DNA from: a virus
Taxonomy: Duplodnaviria; Caudoviricetes
Reading direction: 5' to 3' (one strand)
Virus record (IMG/VR): IMGVR_UViG_3300037465_000124
Span: 1-35,654 of that record
Length of the DNA stretch: 35,654 bases
Of this stretch, positions 18,255 through 26,475 are shown one piece after another. Position 1 is the first letter of the stretch, and every line of letters starts with the position of its first letter. The position numbers and the translations under genes were made by a program. The notes under the pieces were generated by a model. The model did not search any database and was not told where the DNA came from. It saw only the letters and a list, made by a program, of their open reading frames with translations.

Positions 18255-18871
18255 CGCGGCCGATGGGAGAGCCAGCACCGAGCGGGCGCACGGCCGAGAC
18301 GCAGCACGCGGTGCGGCAGCTTCAGCGGCGGCCGGCGCCGGAGGTAGTAGGCGGATCGACCGAGGTCGTGCACATGTACTCCTGGGACTACGACACGGTG
18401 AGCACGGTGGCTACTTCGACCTGGACGTCGGTTGCCTCCTTCTCAGCTGGCGGCGGGTATTACAGAGAGACGTTCCATGTCCTCGACGCAACCACCCCAG
18501 CAATGAGCTGGGATTTCAAGACGGGCATCATCGGGCTCACGGTCGATGGTGAGTTCTTCGCGAGCGGCTGGGTTCGCTTCTCAGAAGACGCGCAGAAAGA
18601 CAACGAGTTGCGAGCAGTCGCGATTCGTCGTGTCGGAGGAACGGAGCGTGTGATCCAGACGCATCGTTTCGACATCGCTGACGGTTCCCTCGCAGCGCTC
18701 CGACTCCCGGTACATGCCCACTGGCTGCACGGCTTCGGAACGATCGATCTCGAGCTACAGGTGTGGCAGAACTCGGGCGGTAACCTGACGCTCGTGCAGG
18801 CTGAGTTCCTCGTTCGTCGCTTCGAGTTCGAGACCGACGGTACCTACGTCGTCAACGACCCCTTCGTCTAA
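18251..18871 (+). CDS. Minor tail/receptor-binding-like protein
   Basis: SD GGAGG; short N-terminal coil then beta domain ending ELQVWQNSGGNL. Confidence 0.6.
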   Translation: MTRPMGEPAPSGRTAETQHAVRQLQRRPAPEVVGGSTEVVHMYSWDYDTVSTVATSTWTSVASFSAGGGYYRETFHVLDATTPAMSWDFKTGIIGLTVDGEFFASGWVRFSEDAQKDNELRAVAIRRVGGTERVIQTHRFDIADGSLAALRLPVHAHWLHGFGTIDLELQVWQNSGGNLTLVQAEFLVRRFEFETDGTYVVNDPFV

Positions 18872-18878
18872 CCGATAA
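18871..18878 (+). promoter_or_regulatory. Start-associated motif variant ACCGATAA, copy 7
   Basis: 9 nt to ATG 18888. Confidence 0.65.
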
Positions 18879-18887
18879 GCGCACGCG

Positions 18888-19580
18888 ATGGCCCGAGTCC
18901 CAGTCACTGTTACGAATCTCACCCCGCCGAAGGCGACGCTCACGACGGCGCTCTCGGGCACGAACAACGATCTCGTCTACACCGCCCGCTACGGCGGCCC
19001 CGGCGGCAACAACATCCGCGTCGAATACGTCGTCGCGGGCACAAACACAGCACTGAGTGTCGTCGTCACTGGCTTCGACATCACCGTGAACGTTGCGACC
19101 GACGGGGCGGGTGCTGCGACCTCGACAGCCGCGCAGGTGAAGACGGCCGTGGAAGGAAACGCGAATGCTGCCAAGCTTGTCACGGTCGCAAACGCGTCCG
19201 GCAACGACGGAACAGGCGTCGTCACCGCTCTCAGCATCACCGCGCTCTCAGGCGGTGCCCTGCAGATCACGCCACCCGCGCAGGTGAACGGGGACGCGAC
19301 GAACGGCCACTACATCACCGGCAACGACGGGCTCGTGGTGCTCGAGGTCGTGTCCTCGGACGCCGGCGCGCAGACGGTCTCGATCGAGTACGGGCCAGGC
19401 GTACAACAACTCGCCGACATTCCCGCCCAAGTCGAGTCGATCCCGGCCGGCGCGATCCGTTGGCTCGGTCCGTTCGCCAACGGCGCGTTCGACCAGACCG
19501 AGAACCGTGATCTCTACTTTACCCCGTCCGTCTCGACGACGCTCAAGTTCCGCGCGTACAAGATGGTGAAGGCCATCTGA
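18888..19580 (+). CDS. Putative virion structural protein
   Basis: Thr/Gly/Ala-rich; YTA..GG.GGNNIRVEY..TLSGG domain typical of phage structural proteins. Confidence 0.6.
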   Translation: MARVPVTVTNLTPPKATLTTALSGTNNDLVYTARYGGPGGNNIRVEYVVAGTNTALSVVVTGFDITVNVATDGAGAATSTAAQVKTAVEGNANAAKLVTVANASGNDGTGVVTALSITALSGGALQITPPAQVNGDATNGHYITGNDGLVVLEVVSSDAGAQTVSIEYGPGVQQLADIPAQVESIPAGAIRWLGPFANGAFDQTENRDLYFTPSVSTTLKFRAYKMVKAI

Positions 19581-19588
19581 GCCGATAG
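19581..19588 (+). promoter_or_regulatory. Start-associated motif GCCGATAG, copy 8
   Basis: 7 nt to holin GTG 19596. Confidence 0.75.
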
Positions 19589-19595
19589 GACGAGC

Positions 19596-19829
19596 GTGAA
19601 CCGCACCGCCATGATGGACGCGCTCGAGCGGATCTTCTGGACAGCCGTGCAGACCTTTGGGGGATCGCTCCTCGCATCCCCGGTGTTCGGCGATCTCGGT
19701 CTCGGCTGGCAGGACGCGCTCAAAATCGCCTCCGCCGCCACCGCGCTCGCCGTACTCAAGGTCGTCGTCGGGATCGCGCAGGACCGCACGGCTCAGCTCG
19801 GGCCGAGAACGTACGCGAACGAGCCCTAG
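19596..19829 (+). CDS. Holin (r1t-like)
   Basis: DALERIFWTAVQTF; two transmembrane segments; adjacent to endolysin. Confidence 0.8.
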   Translation: MNRTAMMDALERIFWTAVQTFGGSLLASPVFGDLGLGWQDALKIASAATALAVLKVVVGIAQDRTAQLGPRTYANEP

Positions 19830-19834
19830 CCGAA

Positions 19835-19842
19835 ACCGATAG
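19835..19842 (+). promoter_or_regulatory. Start-associated motif variant ACCGATAG, copy 9
   Basis: 7 nt to endolysin GTG 19850. Confidence 0.7.
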
Positions 19843-19849
19843 GCCGGGC

Positions 19850-20557
19850 GTGAAGCTCAGGCGCCCCCTCCGAGGATCCGAGCGCGGGGCGGACGTTCGG
19901 ATGGTTCAACGCGCGCTCAACCGCTGGACGGAGGGCGAGCCGATCCCGGTTACGAGCGTCTACGACTCTACGACAAAGGACCGCATGGCCGGGTTCCAGC
20001 TCTGGGAAGGGATCCGGCCGGCGACAGGCTGGTTCGGGCAGGCAACGCTCGATGCGCTCTGGCCCTATTTCGATGCCTACGGGTGCTGGCGCTACCGTCT
20101 CTATCGCCCGCCCTCGCCGCTGCCCAAGCTCGGCCCGGTGTGGCGCGGAGGCAAGAGCGTCCTCGACCACGACTTGACGCATGCGACGAGCGGCATCCCG
20201 CTCTACCCCGCATTCGACGACGCTTTCCGGGCAGGAACCGAGATCATCGCGCCGGAGGCGATCGTCGTCACCCGCCGCTCAAGCTCGCGTCCCGGCGCCG
20301 CCTTCTACGCGATCGGGGACTCGGGTATCCGCTACTGGCTCGGGCATCTCGTCGAGGCACCGGCCGAAGGACGCCGGTTCAAGCGCGGCGAGGTGCTCGG
20401 GGTCGTGCTCGAGCACGTGATCGGCGGTGGCCCGCACGTGCACGTCGGGATCAATGTCGAGCACCTGCTCGGCGATGGTGTCGAGCTCGTCCATCGCACG
20501 GATTACCGGCATGGCGCCCCCACCGTCGGCGAGCAGCTATGGAGGGCGCTCGCGTGA
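19850..20557 (+). CDS. Endolysin: PG_binding_1 domain plus M23-like peptidase
   Basis: LRGSERGADVRMVQRALN..FQ..GI..TG.FG..TL; C-terminal GH and GPHVHVG. Confidence 0.8.
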   Translation: MKLRRPLRGSERGADVRMVQRALNRWTEGEPIPVTSVYDSTTKDRMAGFQLWEGIRPATGWFGQATLDALWPYFDAYGCWRYRLYRPPSPLPKLGPVWRGGKSVLDHDLTHATSGIPLYPAFDDAFRAGTEIIAPEAIVVTRRSSSRPGAAFYAIGDSGIRYWLGHLVEAPAEGRRFKRGEVLGVVLEHVIGGGPHVHVGINVEHLLGDGVELVHRTDYRHGAPTVGEQLWRALA

Positions 20558-20766
20558 ACGAGCCCCTCTCCAACGGTCAGGTCGTCTGGCGGCTGCAGCA
20601 GATGGAGCGGAAGGTCGAGACACTCGAGCTCGAGGTGGACAAGAGGTTTGACACGCTCAACCGTAAGGTCGATCGGCTGACACTCACGATCGCAGGCGGG
20701 GCGGTGACGTTCGCCATCAGTGTCGCCGTCTTCGCGTTCACCATTCTCGCCACGGGGTCGGGCTGA
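20554..20766 (+). CDS. Small membrane protein (lysis accessory)
   Basis: Coiled coil plus C-terminal transmembrane segment; GTGA overlap. Confidence 0.6.
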   Translation: MNEPLSNGQVVWRLQQMERKVETLELEVDKRFDTLNRKVDRLTLTIAGGAVTFAISVAVFAFTILATGSG

Positions 20767-20776
20767 TGGTGTGTCC

Positions 20777-21004
20777 ATGAGATCGCTCGCAGTCATCATG
20801 GCCTGCGCGCTCGTCGCCTGGATCGGAGCTGCCGCCTCCGTCCTCTACTCGGCGCAACGCTCGGCGGACGAGCGGCGCGCGCTCGTCTCGTTCGTGTGCG
20901 CGGCGATCGAGGTCGCCAAGGAGCAGTCCACCCCGGAGCCACTTCGCCGCGCCGAGCGCTTCCGCGAGATTCTCGACTCCATCGGTGAGCGCTGCCCGGA
21001 GTGA
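20777..21004 (+). CDS. Small membrane-anchored protein
   Basis: N-terminal hydrophobic segment. Confidence 0.55.
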   Translation: MRSLAVIMACALVAWIGAAASVLYSAQRSADERRALVSFVCAAIEVAKEQSTPEPLRRAERFREILDSIGERCPE

Positions 21005-21203
21005 CACCGTGGTCGAGCCCGTCCAGGAGCGGCCGGAGCAGTTCCGCATCGTCGCCTGGCGGTTCGAGCAGCTACAGCGGGCAGGCTATGACCTCGAGTG
21101 GGCCTGCGTGCTCGCCGAGATGGAGGATGTCGACTTACACGAGGCGGTGGCGCTGCTCGAACGGGGCGCGAGTATCGAGGAGGCGGTCAGGATCCTGCTC
21201 TAG
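20985..21203 (+). CDS. Conserved-looking small hypothetical protein
   Basis: WRFEQLQRAGY..DVDLHEAVALLERG..AVRILL. Confidence 0.65.
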   Translation: MSAARSDTVVEPVQERPEQFRIVAWRFEQLQRAGYDLEWACVLAEMEDVDLHEAVALLERGASIEEAVRILL

Positions 21204-21321
21204 TGCTTGAGTCGCGTGGTGGAGGCGGCGGATCGACGTTCGTCATCACGGCGTACTGGCGCTGAGGTTCCTGCGCTCTAGGCGTCGCAGACGTGCGAGA
21301 ACCGACTACGCTACGACAACC

Positions 21322-21600
21322 GTGAAGCTGATCTATGACAACGAGGCGGACGCGCTGGCGATCCGACTCGCCGACGGCATCGTCGACCGCACGGTGGAGG
21401 TCGAACCGGGCACGCTGGTCGACGTCGACGCGGCCGGCTCCGTGCTCGTGATCGAGGTTATTCAGCCTGCGCGTCGGTGGCCGCTGGACGAGGTGCTGGC
21501 GCGGTTCGAGATCGAGGACGCTGACGCAGCGATTCTTCGCGGGATTCAAGGCGGAGACGACGTGCTCTCGCTTGTCGAGCTCGCTCCGCTCGTGGCGTAG
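21322..21600 (+). CDS. DUF2283-family protein (putative antitoxin)
   Basis: MKLIYDNEADALAIRL..RTVEV..VDVDAAG.V..IEV. Confidence 0.75.
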   Translation: MKLIYDNEADALAIRLADGIVDRTVEVEPGTLVDVDAAGSVLVIEVIQPARRWPLDEVLARFEIEDADAAILRGIQGGDDVLSLVELAPLVA

Positions 21601-21650
21601 GTCACGGCGGCGCGCTTATGCGCGCTTGAGGTGGTCATCCGCAGCTCCGG

Positions 21651-21945
21651 CTACCGCAGTGCGTCCTCGGGCAAGAGCCAGCCGACGCCCCACACGTTGA
21701 CGAGTGGGACGCCCTTGCGGCGGAGGCGAGAGACGGCCTGGTCGAGGGCGCGAGACGTGAGCCGGCCGTAGTCGGTCTGGGGGACGAACCCCCAGAGGGC
21801 TAGCCAGAGCTCACGCTTCGTGACGACAGTCCCGGCGCGCTCGATGAAGACCGCGAGGAGCGCGTCGTCGGTTCTGGACACGCGCTCGCCGTTGATCGTC
21901 CAGGCAGCGAAGTCGACGGAGACGACACGCTCCCGGACCTGCTCT
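21651..21945 (-). pseudogene. 5'-truncated OmpR/PhoB-type winged-helix (Trans_reg_C) gene
   Basis: VVTKRELWLALWG..SRALDQAVSRLRRK..NVWGVGW; no start codon before the IS fragment. Confidence 0.65.
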
Positions 21946-22490
21946 GCGGATGTGGGCGGGGTAGGCGAGCCGGATCGTGCGCATGAAGGTGAGCGTGGAG
22001 AGGCCGTTGCGGCGGGGACGCGGCCTGATCCGCAGGTAGTCGGCGTGCACGTCCAAGGCGCCGACCAGGTAGCGGATCCCCTGGCGGCGGGTGTAGGTGG
22101 CGCGGTGCCGCTCGGGCCGGCCGCGCCGCGCCCAGCCGCGTCCGTGACGGGGGCAGAGGCTCTCCGGACCCTTCTCGTCGAAGCTGATGACGACGCCGTT
22201 TTCCGGGCGCTCGCGGTAGAGGGCGAGGATGCGCGCGGCCTTCGCCTCGTAGTCGGAGTCAGGGCTCTGCTTCCAGCTGCGCGTGCGCTGCGGCGAGATC
22301 CCGTTGCGGGCGAGGATGCGGCCGAGGTGGGCGGGCGAGACCTCGATCCCCTGCCCGGCCAGGTAGCGGGAGAGCTTGCCCAGGCTCCAGCGCGTGTACG
22401 GCACCCCGAGCGTGGAGGGACGGGCGCCGGCGAGGGCGACGATCCGCTGCTCGTCGTCACTCGAGATCCGGCGGGGTCGCCCGCGGGCCG
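21946..22490 (-). mobile_element. IS630-family transposase internal fragment
   Basis: GRPRRIS, TRWSLGKL, WKQSPD.DYEAK, VISFDEKGP, ATYTR; truncated before the later DDE residues; no terminal inverted repeats seen. Confidence 0.8.
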
Positions 22491-22546
22491 GAACGAAACG
22501 TACGCTCTTTGCGAACGTTCGTCGCCGCACGAGTTGTTCGTCCTGC

Positions 22547-22574
22547 TTGCATTGTCTTCCGTTCGTGGTACAAA
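22547..22574 (+). promoter_or_regulatory. Sigma70-type early promoter for a leaderless cro-like gene
   Basis: TTGCAT-16nt-TACAAA with extended TGn; 7 nt to TTG 22582. Confidence 0.55.
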
Positions 22575-22581
22575 GAGACGC

Positions 22582-22767
22582 TTGCAAAAGGCGCGGAAGA
22601 CGAAGGGACTCACCCGAGCCGAGCTCGCGAAGGCCGCTCAGTCGACCGAGGCGGCCGTTCGCATGTGGGAAACCGGGCGCCGACAGCCGAAGATGCAGTA
22701 CCTCATTCGCATCGCGCAGGCGACCGACCGGGACGTGTCCTGGTTCTTCGAGGAGGTCGCAGCATGA
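22582..22767 (+). CDS. Cro-like XRE helix-turn-helix protein
   Basis: LQKARKTKGLTRAELAKAAQSTEAAVRMWETGRRQP..RIAQAT..WFF. Confidence 0.85.
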   Translation: MQKARKTKGLTRAELAKAAQSTEAAVRMWETGRRQPKMQYLIRIAQATDRDVSWFFEEVAA

Positions 22768-23129
22768 GAACCGGATTCGACCTCCGCGAAGGCTCCCGCA
22801 TCCTCGCCGAGCGCTTCGCCCTGCTGGACAGAACGGAGGCTACGTCAGCGCTACCCACCCGCGGCGATGACCTCTGTTCTGTCGAGCAGGCCGACTTCGT
22901 TGCTGTCGCAGACACCGGATCGCGATGGTCGTTCTCCCCCCGGTTGGCCTGCTCGGTTTGTGGAGGCGTCATGGTCGAGACACACCGTGAAGGATGGGTA
23001 CCGGGCAAGGTGCTCGGGTTCCGCTTGTCCTCTGCAGACGAGGAGTTTCCGCGGCGCGTGGACGTGCTGCTCGACGACGGCCGCCGGATCCTCGGGTGCC
23101 ATCCCCGCTGCGTGCGGAGGGCGGCGTGA
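22764..23129 (+). CDS. Hypothetical protein with CxxC/C motifs
   Basis: SD GGAGG; ATGA overlap. Confidence 0.5.
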   Translation: MRTGFDLREGSRILAERFALLDRTEATSALPTRGDDLCSVEQADFVAVADTGSRWSFSPRLACSVCGGVMVETHREGWVPGKVLGFRLSSADEEFPRRVDVLLDDGRRILGCHPRCVRRAA

Positions 23130-23286
23130 GCGTGACCGCAACCAAGCGCATCTTCCGCTGCGCCCGCTGCGGCCGGCGGCTCAAGGAAGGCCGTTGGATC
23201 GTGGGCAAGGATCGCCGGATCACGGGCAGAGTGCCCGCTACTGCTGGCCCGGTGAGGGCTGCTGGCTGACGAGGGGGCGTACGTGA
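23126..23286 (+). pseudogene. Small Cys-rich gene with an apparent frameshift near 23226
   Basis: RCARCGRRL in one frame; RYCWPGEGC in another frame, ending at TGA 23286 which overlaps the next GTG. Confidence 0.4.
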
Positions 23287-23417
23287 GCGCCGCCGAGATG
23301 TACGAGCGCATTCGCGCGGCCTGCTGCCCCGAGCACGGCTTCGAGGCAGACTGGATGCTCGACGCTCACGCCAAGGCCATCGTCTTGACGATCCTAAGGC
23401 TCCGAGGTGTTGTGTGA
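23283..23417 (+). CDS. Small hypothetical protein (44 aa)
   Basis: GTGA overlaps at both ends; MSAAEMYERIRAACCPEHG... Confidence 0.5.
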   Translation: MSAAEMYERIRAACCPEHGFEADWMLDAHAKAIVLTILRLRGVV

Positions 23418-23653
23418 GCGAGTTCCGCCCCATTTCCATCCGCCGTGCCGACATCGAAGCACTCGACGAGTCGGTGGAGGCGCTCTTCCGCGCGGGCGAG
23501 AGGACGCTCGCGCTCAAGCTCGGCGCGCTTGCCTTGCGAGCGCGCGGGAGCACTGGCTTTCACCACCCGAGCTTCGTCTGCGACGTGGACGAGAGCGCGG
23601 GAGTGGCCGAGGTTGTCGAGATCAGCGGTTACTCGAGGAAGGCGGGGGCGTGA
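23414..23653 (+). CDS. Hypothetical protein
   Basis: GTGA overlaps at both ends. Confidence 0.55.
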   Translation: MSEFRPISIRRADIEALDESVEALFRAGERTLALKLGALALRARGSTGFHHPSFVCDVDESAGVAEVVEISGYSRKAGA

Positions 23654-24408
23654 CGACGACAACAGTCTTCGATTACACCGCTCAAGGCACGAGTGAGCTT
23701 GCCAAGGCGCTTGTCAAGGCACAGTCGGAGTTTCCGACGATTGAGCGCTCGAAGACGGTGAGCGTGACGACGAAGACGGGCGGGAAGTATACGTTCGACT
23801 ACGCGCCGCTCGACGCGATTGTGCGCGCCGTTTCGGGCCCCCTCACGGCCAACGGGCTTGCGTTCTCACAACTGTTGACGCACGTCGGCGGTCAGCTGGC
23901 ACTGCGAACCGTTCTCTTGCACTCCTCCGGCGAGAAGCTCGAGGGCACGTGTCCACTGCCCCTCAACGGAGAGAGCACTCCGCAGGAGATTGGCTCTCTC
24001 GTCACCTACATGCGCCGCTATGCGCTCGTGGCGCTGCTCGGGATCGCGACTGAGGAGGACGACGACGGGAACACGGCGAGCGGGAGCGTCGCGAATCCGG
24101 CGGCAGGGCGCGGGGCCGGCGAACCTGACTCCGGCTCTGCCGCCGACGCGCTCGAGGAAGCGCACGCGGCCTACCTGCGGCGCATCGAGAAGGGGCGCGC
24201 ACCGGGTGCGGTTCCCTCGGAGCAAGTCATCCACTTCGGGAGGAACAAGGGATTGACGCTCGGCGAGCTCACCCCTCGCCAGCTCGCCTGGTATGCGACC
24301 GAGTGGAAGCTGCAGGACGAGCCGACGGAGTACGACCACCGGTTGAAAGCCGCTGCCGTGGCACTCAACGCCGGCCACGATCATCCCGACTTCGACCCCC
24401 CCTTCTAG
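23650..24408 (+). CDS. erf: ERF-family ssDNA-annealing protein with a C-terminal FG..KG..L.EL domain
   Basis: LAKALVKAQSE, YTFDYAPLDAI, PQEIGSLVTYMRRYAL..LGIA.EEDDDG. Confidence 0.9.
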   Translation: MTTTTVFDYTAQGTSELAKALVKAQSEFPTIERSKTVSVTTKTGGKYTFDYAPLDAIVRAVSGPLTANGLAFSQLLTHVGGQLALRTVLLHSSGEKLEGTCPLPLNGESTPQEIGSLVTYMRRYALVALLGIATEEDDDGNTASGSVANPAAGRGAGEPDSGSAADALEEAHAAYLRRIEKGRAPGAVPSEQVIHFGRNKGLTLGELTPRQLAWYATEWKLQDEPTEYDHRLKAAAVALNAGHDHPDFDPPF

Positions 24409-24555
24409 TGGACAGCTGGTTCGATGCATCCCGACACAACTACCGGCGAGCCTCGGAGGAGTACGAGGAGCACCGAGAGCACGTCATCCGAGAGCGCTTC
24501 GATCGCCTCTTCGAGCGGGGAGGAGACGCTCGACCTCACCTACGGCGCGAAGATC

Positions 24556-24789
24556 GTGACTCGGGGGCGAGAGACGAAGTGGCACAAGGCGATGAGGCTT
24601 CTGATTCAGGGGAGGCTGCGTGTGCTGCGCGTTGACGTCGACTTCATCGCGGCGGAATGCCGCGGTGATTCCGGCGAGGTGTATCGCCTCGGCTGGCGCG
24701 GTCAGCGGTGGACGTGCTCGTGTCCGGCGATGACGGATTGCAGCCACTTGGCGGCGCTCTGGGCGGTGTGCGCGGTGAGCCGACGATGA
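24556..24789 (+). CDS. SWIM zinc-finger protein
   Basis: RGDSGEVY...WTCSCP..CSH. Confidence 0.75.
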   Translation: MTRGRETKWHKAMRLLIQGRLRVLRVDVDFIAAECRGDSGEVYRLGWRGQRWTCSCPAMTDCSHLAALWAVCAVSRR

Positions 24790-24959
24790 CCATCACGCCC
24801 GCCATCCCCATCGCCCCACCCGAGCCCGGCGCGCTGCAAGAAGTGACCGGAATCGACCCCTACTCATATCCAAGAGGGGTGCTTGTCGAGGCGCTTCTCG
24901 TGCTCGGCGGGCAGCACCGGGAGGAGCTCAGGGCGCATTTCCAGGGGCAGGAGGCGTAG
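24786..24959 (+). CDS. Small hypothetical protein
   Basis: ATGA overlap; packed in the operon. Confidence 0.45.
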   Translation: MTITPAIPIAPPEPGALQEVTGIDPYSYPRGVLVEALLVLGGQHREELRAHFQGQEA

Positions 24960-25732
24960 TGGTGGCGTGGCTCGACGACCGTGCCTGGTGCCACCCCAAG
25001 CTCGTGAACCTCTCAGATCGTGCTCACCGTGTCTACATCAACAGCCTGGCCTACGCCTCGGGCATGGCGACGAAAGGACGCCTGACGCAAGCACAGCAGC
25101 GGCTGCTCGGAGCGACGCCAGCCATCCGCCGCGAGCTCCTGGACGCGCGGTGCTGGGACGATCTCGGTGACGATATCGCCATCCACGACTGGACCGACCA
25201 CAACGCGAGGCGCGATGCGCGGCGGGAGGCCGACCGGGAACGAAAACGAGCAGCGCGTCTCAAGGAACGTCCGCAGGACAGTCCCGCGGACAGTCCTAAG
25301 GAAAGTCCGCGGGAGCGTCGGCAGGACCGGCGCGCGTTGAAGGAAGTGAAGGAAGTGACAGAGAGATCTACTGACGTAGATCTCTCGGACGAGCGACCTC
25401 GCGACGAACTCTGGGACGCACTCGTGGCCGAACTCGGTGAACCGGCGACGAAGAACGAGCGTGGCCGTCGCAACGCTGCCGTGAAGCAGCTACGGGAGAT
25501 AGCCACGACTAGCGAGGAGGTACGCCGTCGGTGTCGGGCGTATCGGCGTATGTGGCCGGACATCACGCTCACCGATACGGCACTCGTCTCGAACTGGACG
25601 ACGCTCAAGCAGGCCGACAAGCGACGTTCCGTCGAAGAAATCGTCAACTTACCGGACATCAGCGATGACGAGCGTCGGAAGAACTTGGAGCGCGCTGGCG
25701 CGCTTGCCGAGTCGATTGGGAAGCCGACGTGA
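24959..25732 (+). CDS. Phage replication initiator protein
   Basis: WLDD..WCHPKL..L.Y and IHDWTDHN..RERKR actinophage Rep-like N-terminus; internal iterons. Confidence 0.75.
   Translation: MVAWLDDRAWCHPKLVNLSDRAHRVYINSLAYASGMATKGRLTQAQQRLLGATPAIRRELLDARCWDDLGDDIAIHDWTDHNARRDARREADRERKRAARLKERPQDSPADSPKESPRERRQDRRALKEVKEVTERSTDVDLSDERPRDELWDALVAELGEPATKNERGRRNAAVKQLREIATTSEEVRRRCRAYRRMWPDITLTDTALVSNWTTLKQADKRRSVEEIVNLPDISDDERRKNLERAGALAESIGKPT
25257..25386. repeat. Putative replication origin: six tandem 12-bp iterons plus an 11-bp perfect inverted repeat
   Basis: GTCTCAAGGAAC, GTCCGCAGGACA, GTCCCGCGGACA, GTCCTAAGGAAA, GTCCGCGGGAGC, GTCGGCAGGACC (25257-25328); GAGAGATCTAC-TGAC-GTAGATCTCTC (25361-25386). 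Confidence 0.7.
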
Positions 25733-25789
25733 GCCGCCGCATGAGCCACGACGATCTCGTCGCTCTCCGTCGTCGCCATCGCGATCGAC

Positions 25790-26342
25790 ACGCAACTCCT
25801 CAGCGTCGCCGAGACGGCCCGCGACCGCCTGGCGCTCCTGGCGCTCCTCGACTACGGCGTGCGCCGCTCCGAGCTGACCGGCATTCGCTGTGCTCGGCAA
25901 AGGTGAGCGCCATCGTGTGCTCCCGCTCCGCGGCCGGATCGTGCTCGCAATCGAGGAGTACCTGCTGACGGAGCTCCGCGAGCCAGTCGGGCGCGTTCCC
26001 GAGCCGGATGACTTCCTGCTCTACTCCGAGCACCGCAACCGGCACACGATCTACCGAGCCGACCCCAAGCGGCCGATGCCCGGCCAGACCGTGCACCACT
26101 GGCGGTACCGGGACCTGCAGGCGGCCGGGCTCGTCGCCCGCGACGTCGAGCGCGGGATGAACATGCACCGCGCGCGGCACTCGTTCGCGACCGAGCTGCG
26201 ACGAACCGAAGGCGTTGACCTCGGCGACGTTCAGCACATGCTCGGCCATGCCGACATTCACACGACCGAGGAGTACTACGGCCACTACGACCTGACCGAC
26301 CTCGAGCGCGCAATGGACGCGTTCACGCGAGGTAGGCGATGA
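25790..26342 (+). pseudogene. int: Tyrosine integrase remnant (no N-terminal domain; frameshifting deletion at ~25889)
   Basis: RDRLALLALLDYGVRRSEL in one frame, then GKG..R.LPL, HRARHSFAT, VQHMLGHADI.TT..Y in another. Confidence 0.85.
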
Positions 26343-26392
26343 GTCGCTGTCCCAGCCACCCGAAGCGGAAGGGCGCATGGTTGCGCGGAAGA

Positions 26393-26419
26393 TGGGCGCA
26401 CCTGGGATCGAACCAGGGA
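26393..26419 (-). other. attP-like core: 3' end of a tRNA (T-arm plus acceptor strand)
   Basis: Reverse complement TCCCTGGTTCGATCCCAGGTGCGCCCA; ~50 nt downstream of the integrase. Confidence 0.75.
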
Positions 26420-26475
26420 AGTGTCCCACCTAGTGCGCTGATTTTGTCGCCCCGGCTTTGGCCGGGAGTGGCTGC

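Noticed and set aside
22512-22521. LexA/SOS box
   Set aside because: CGAAC and GTTCG half-sites lack the required 4-nt spacer
21820-22581. 315-aa N-terminally extended HTH protein
   Set aside because: Extension is the antisense of the IS630 fragment; the real gene likely starts at TTG 22582
26393-26419. tRNA gene
   Set aside because: Only the T-arm and 3' acceptor strand are present; no D or anticodon arm, so treated as an att core
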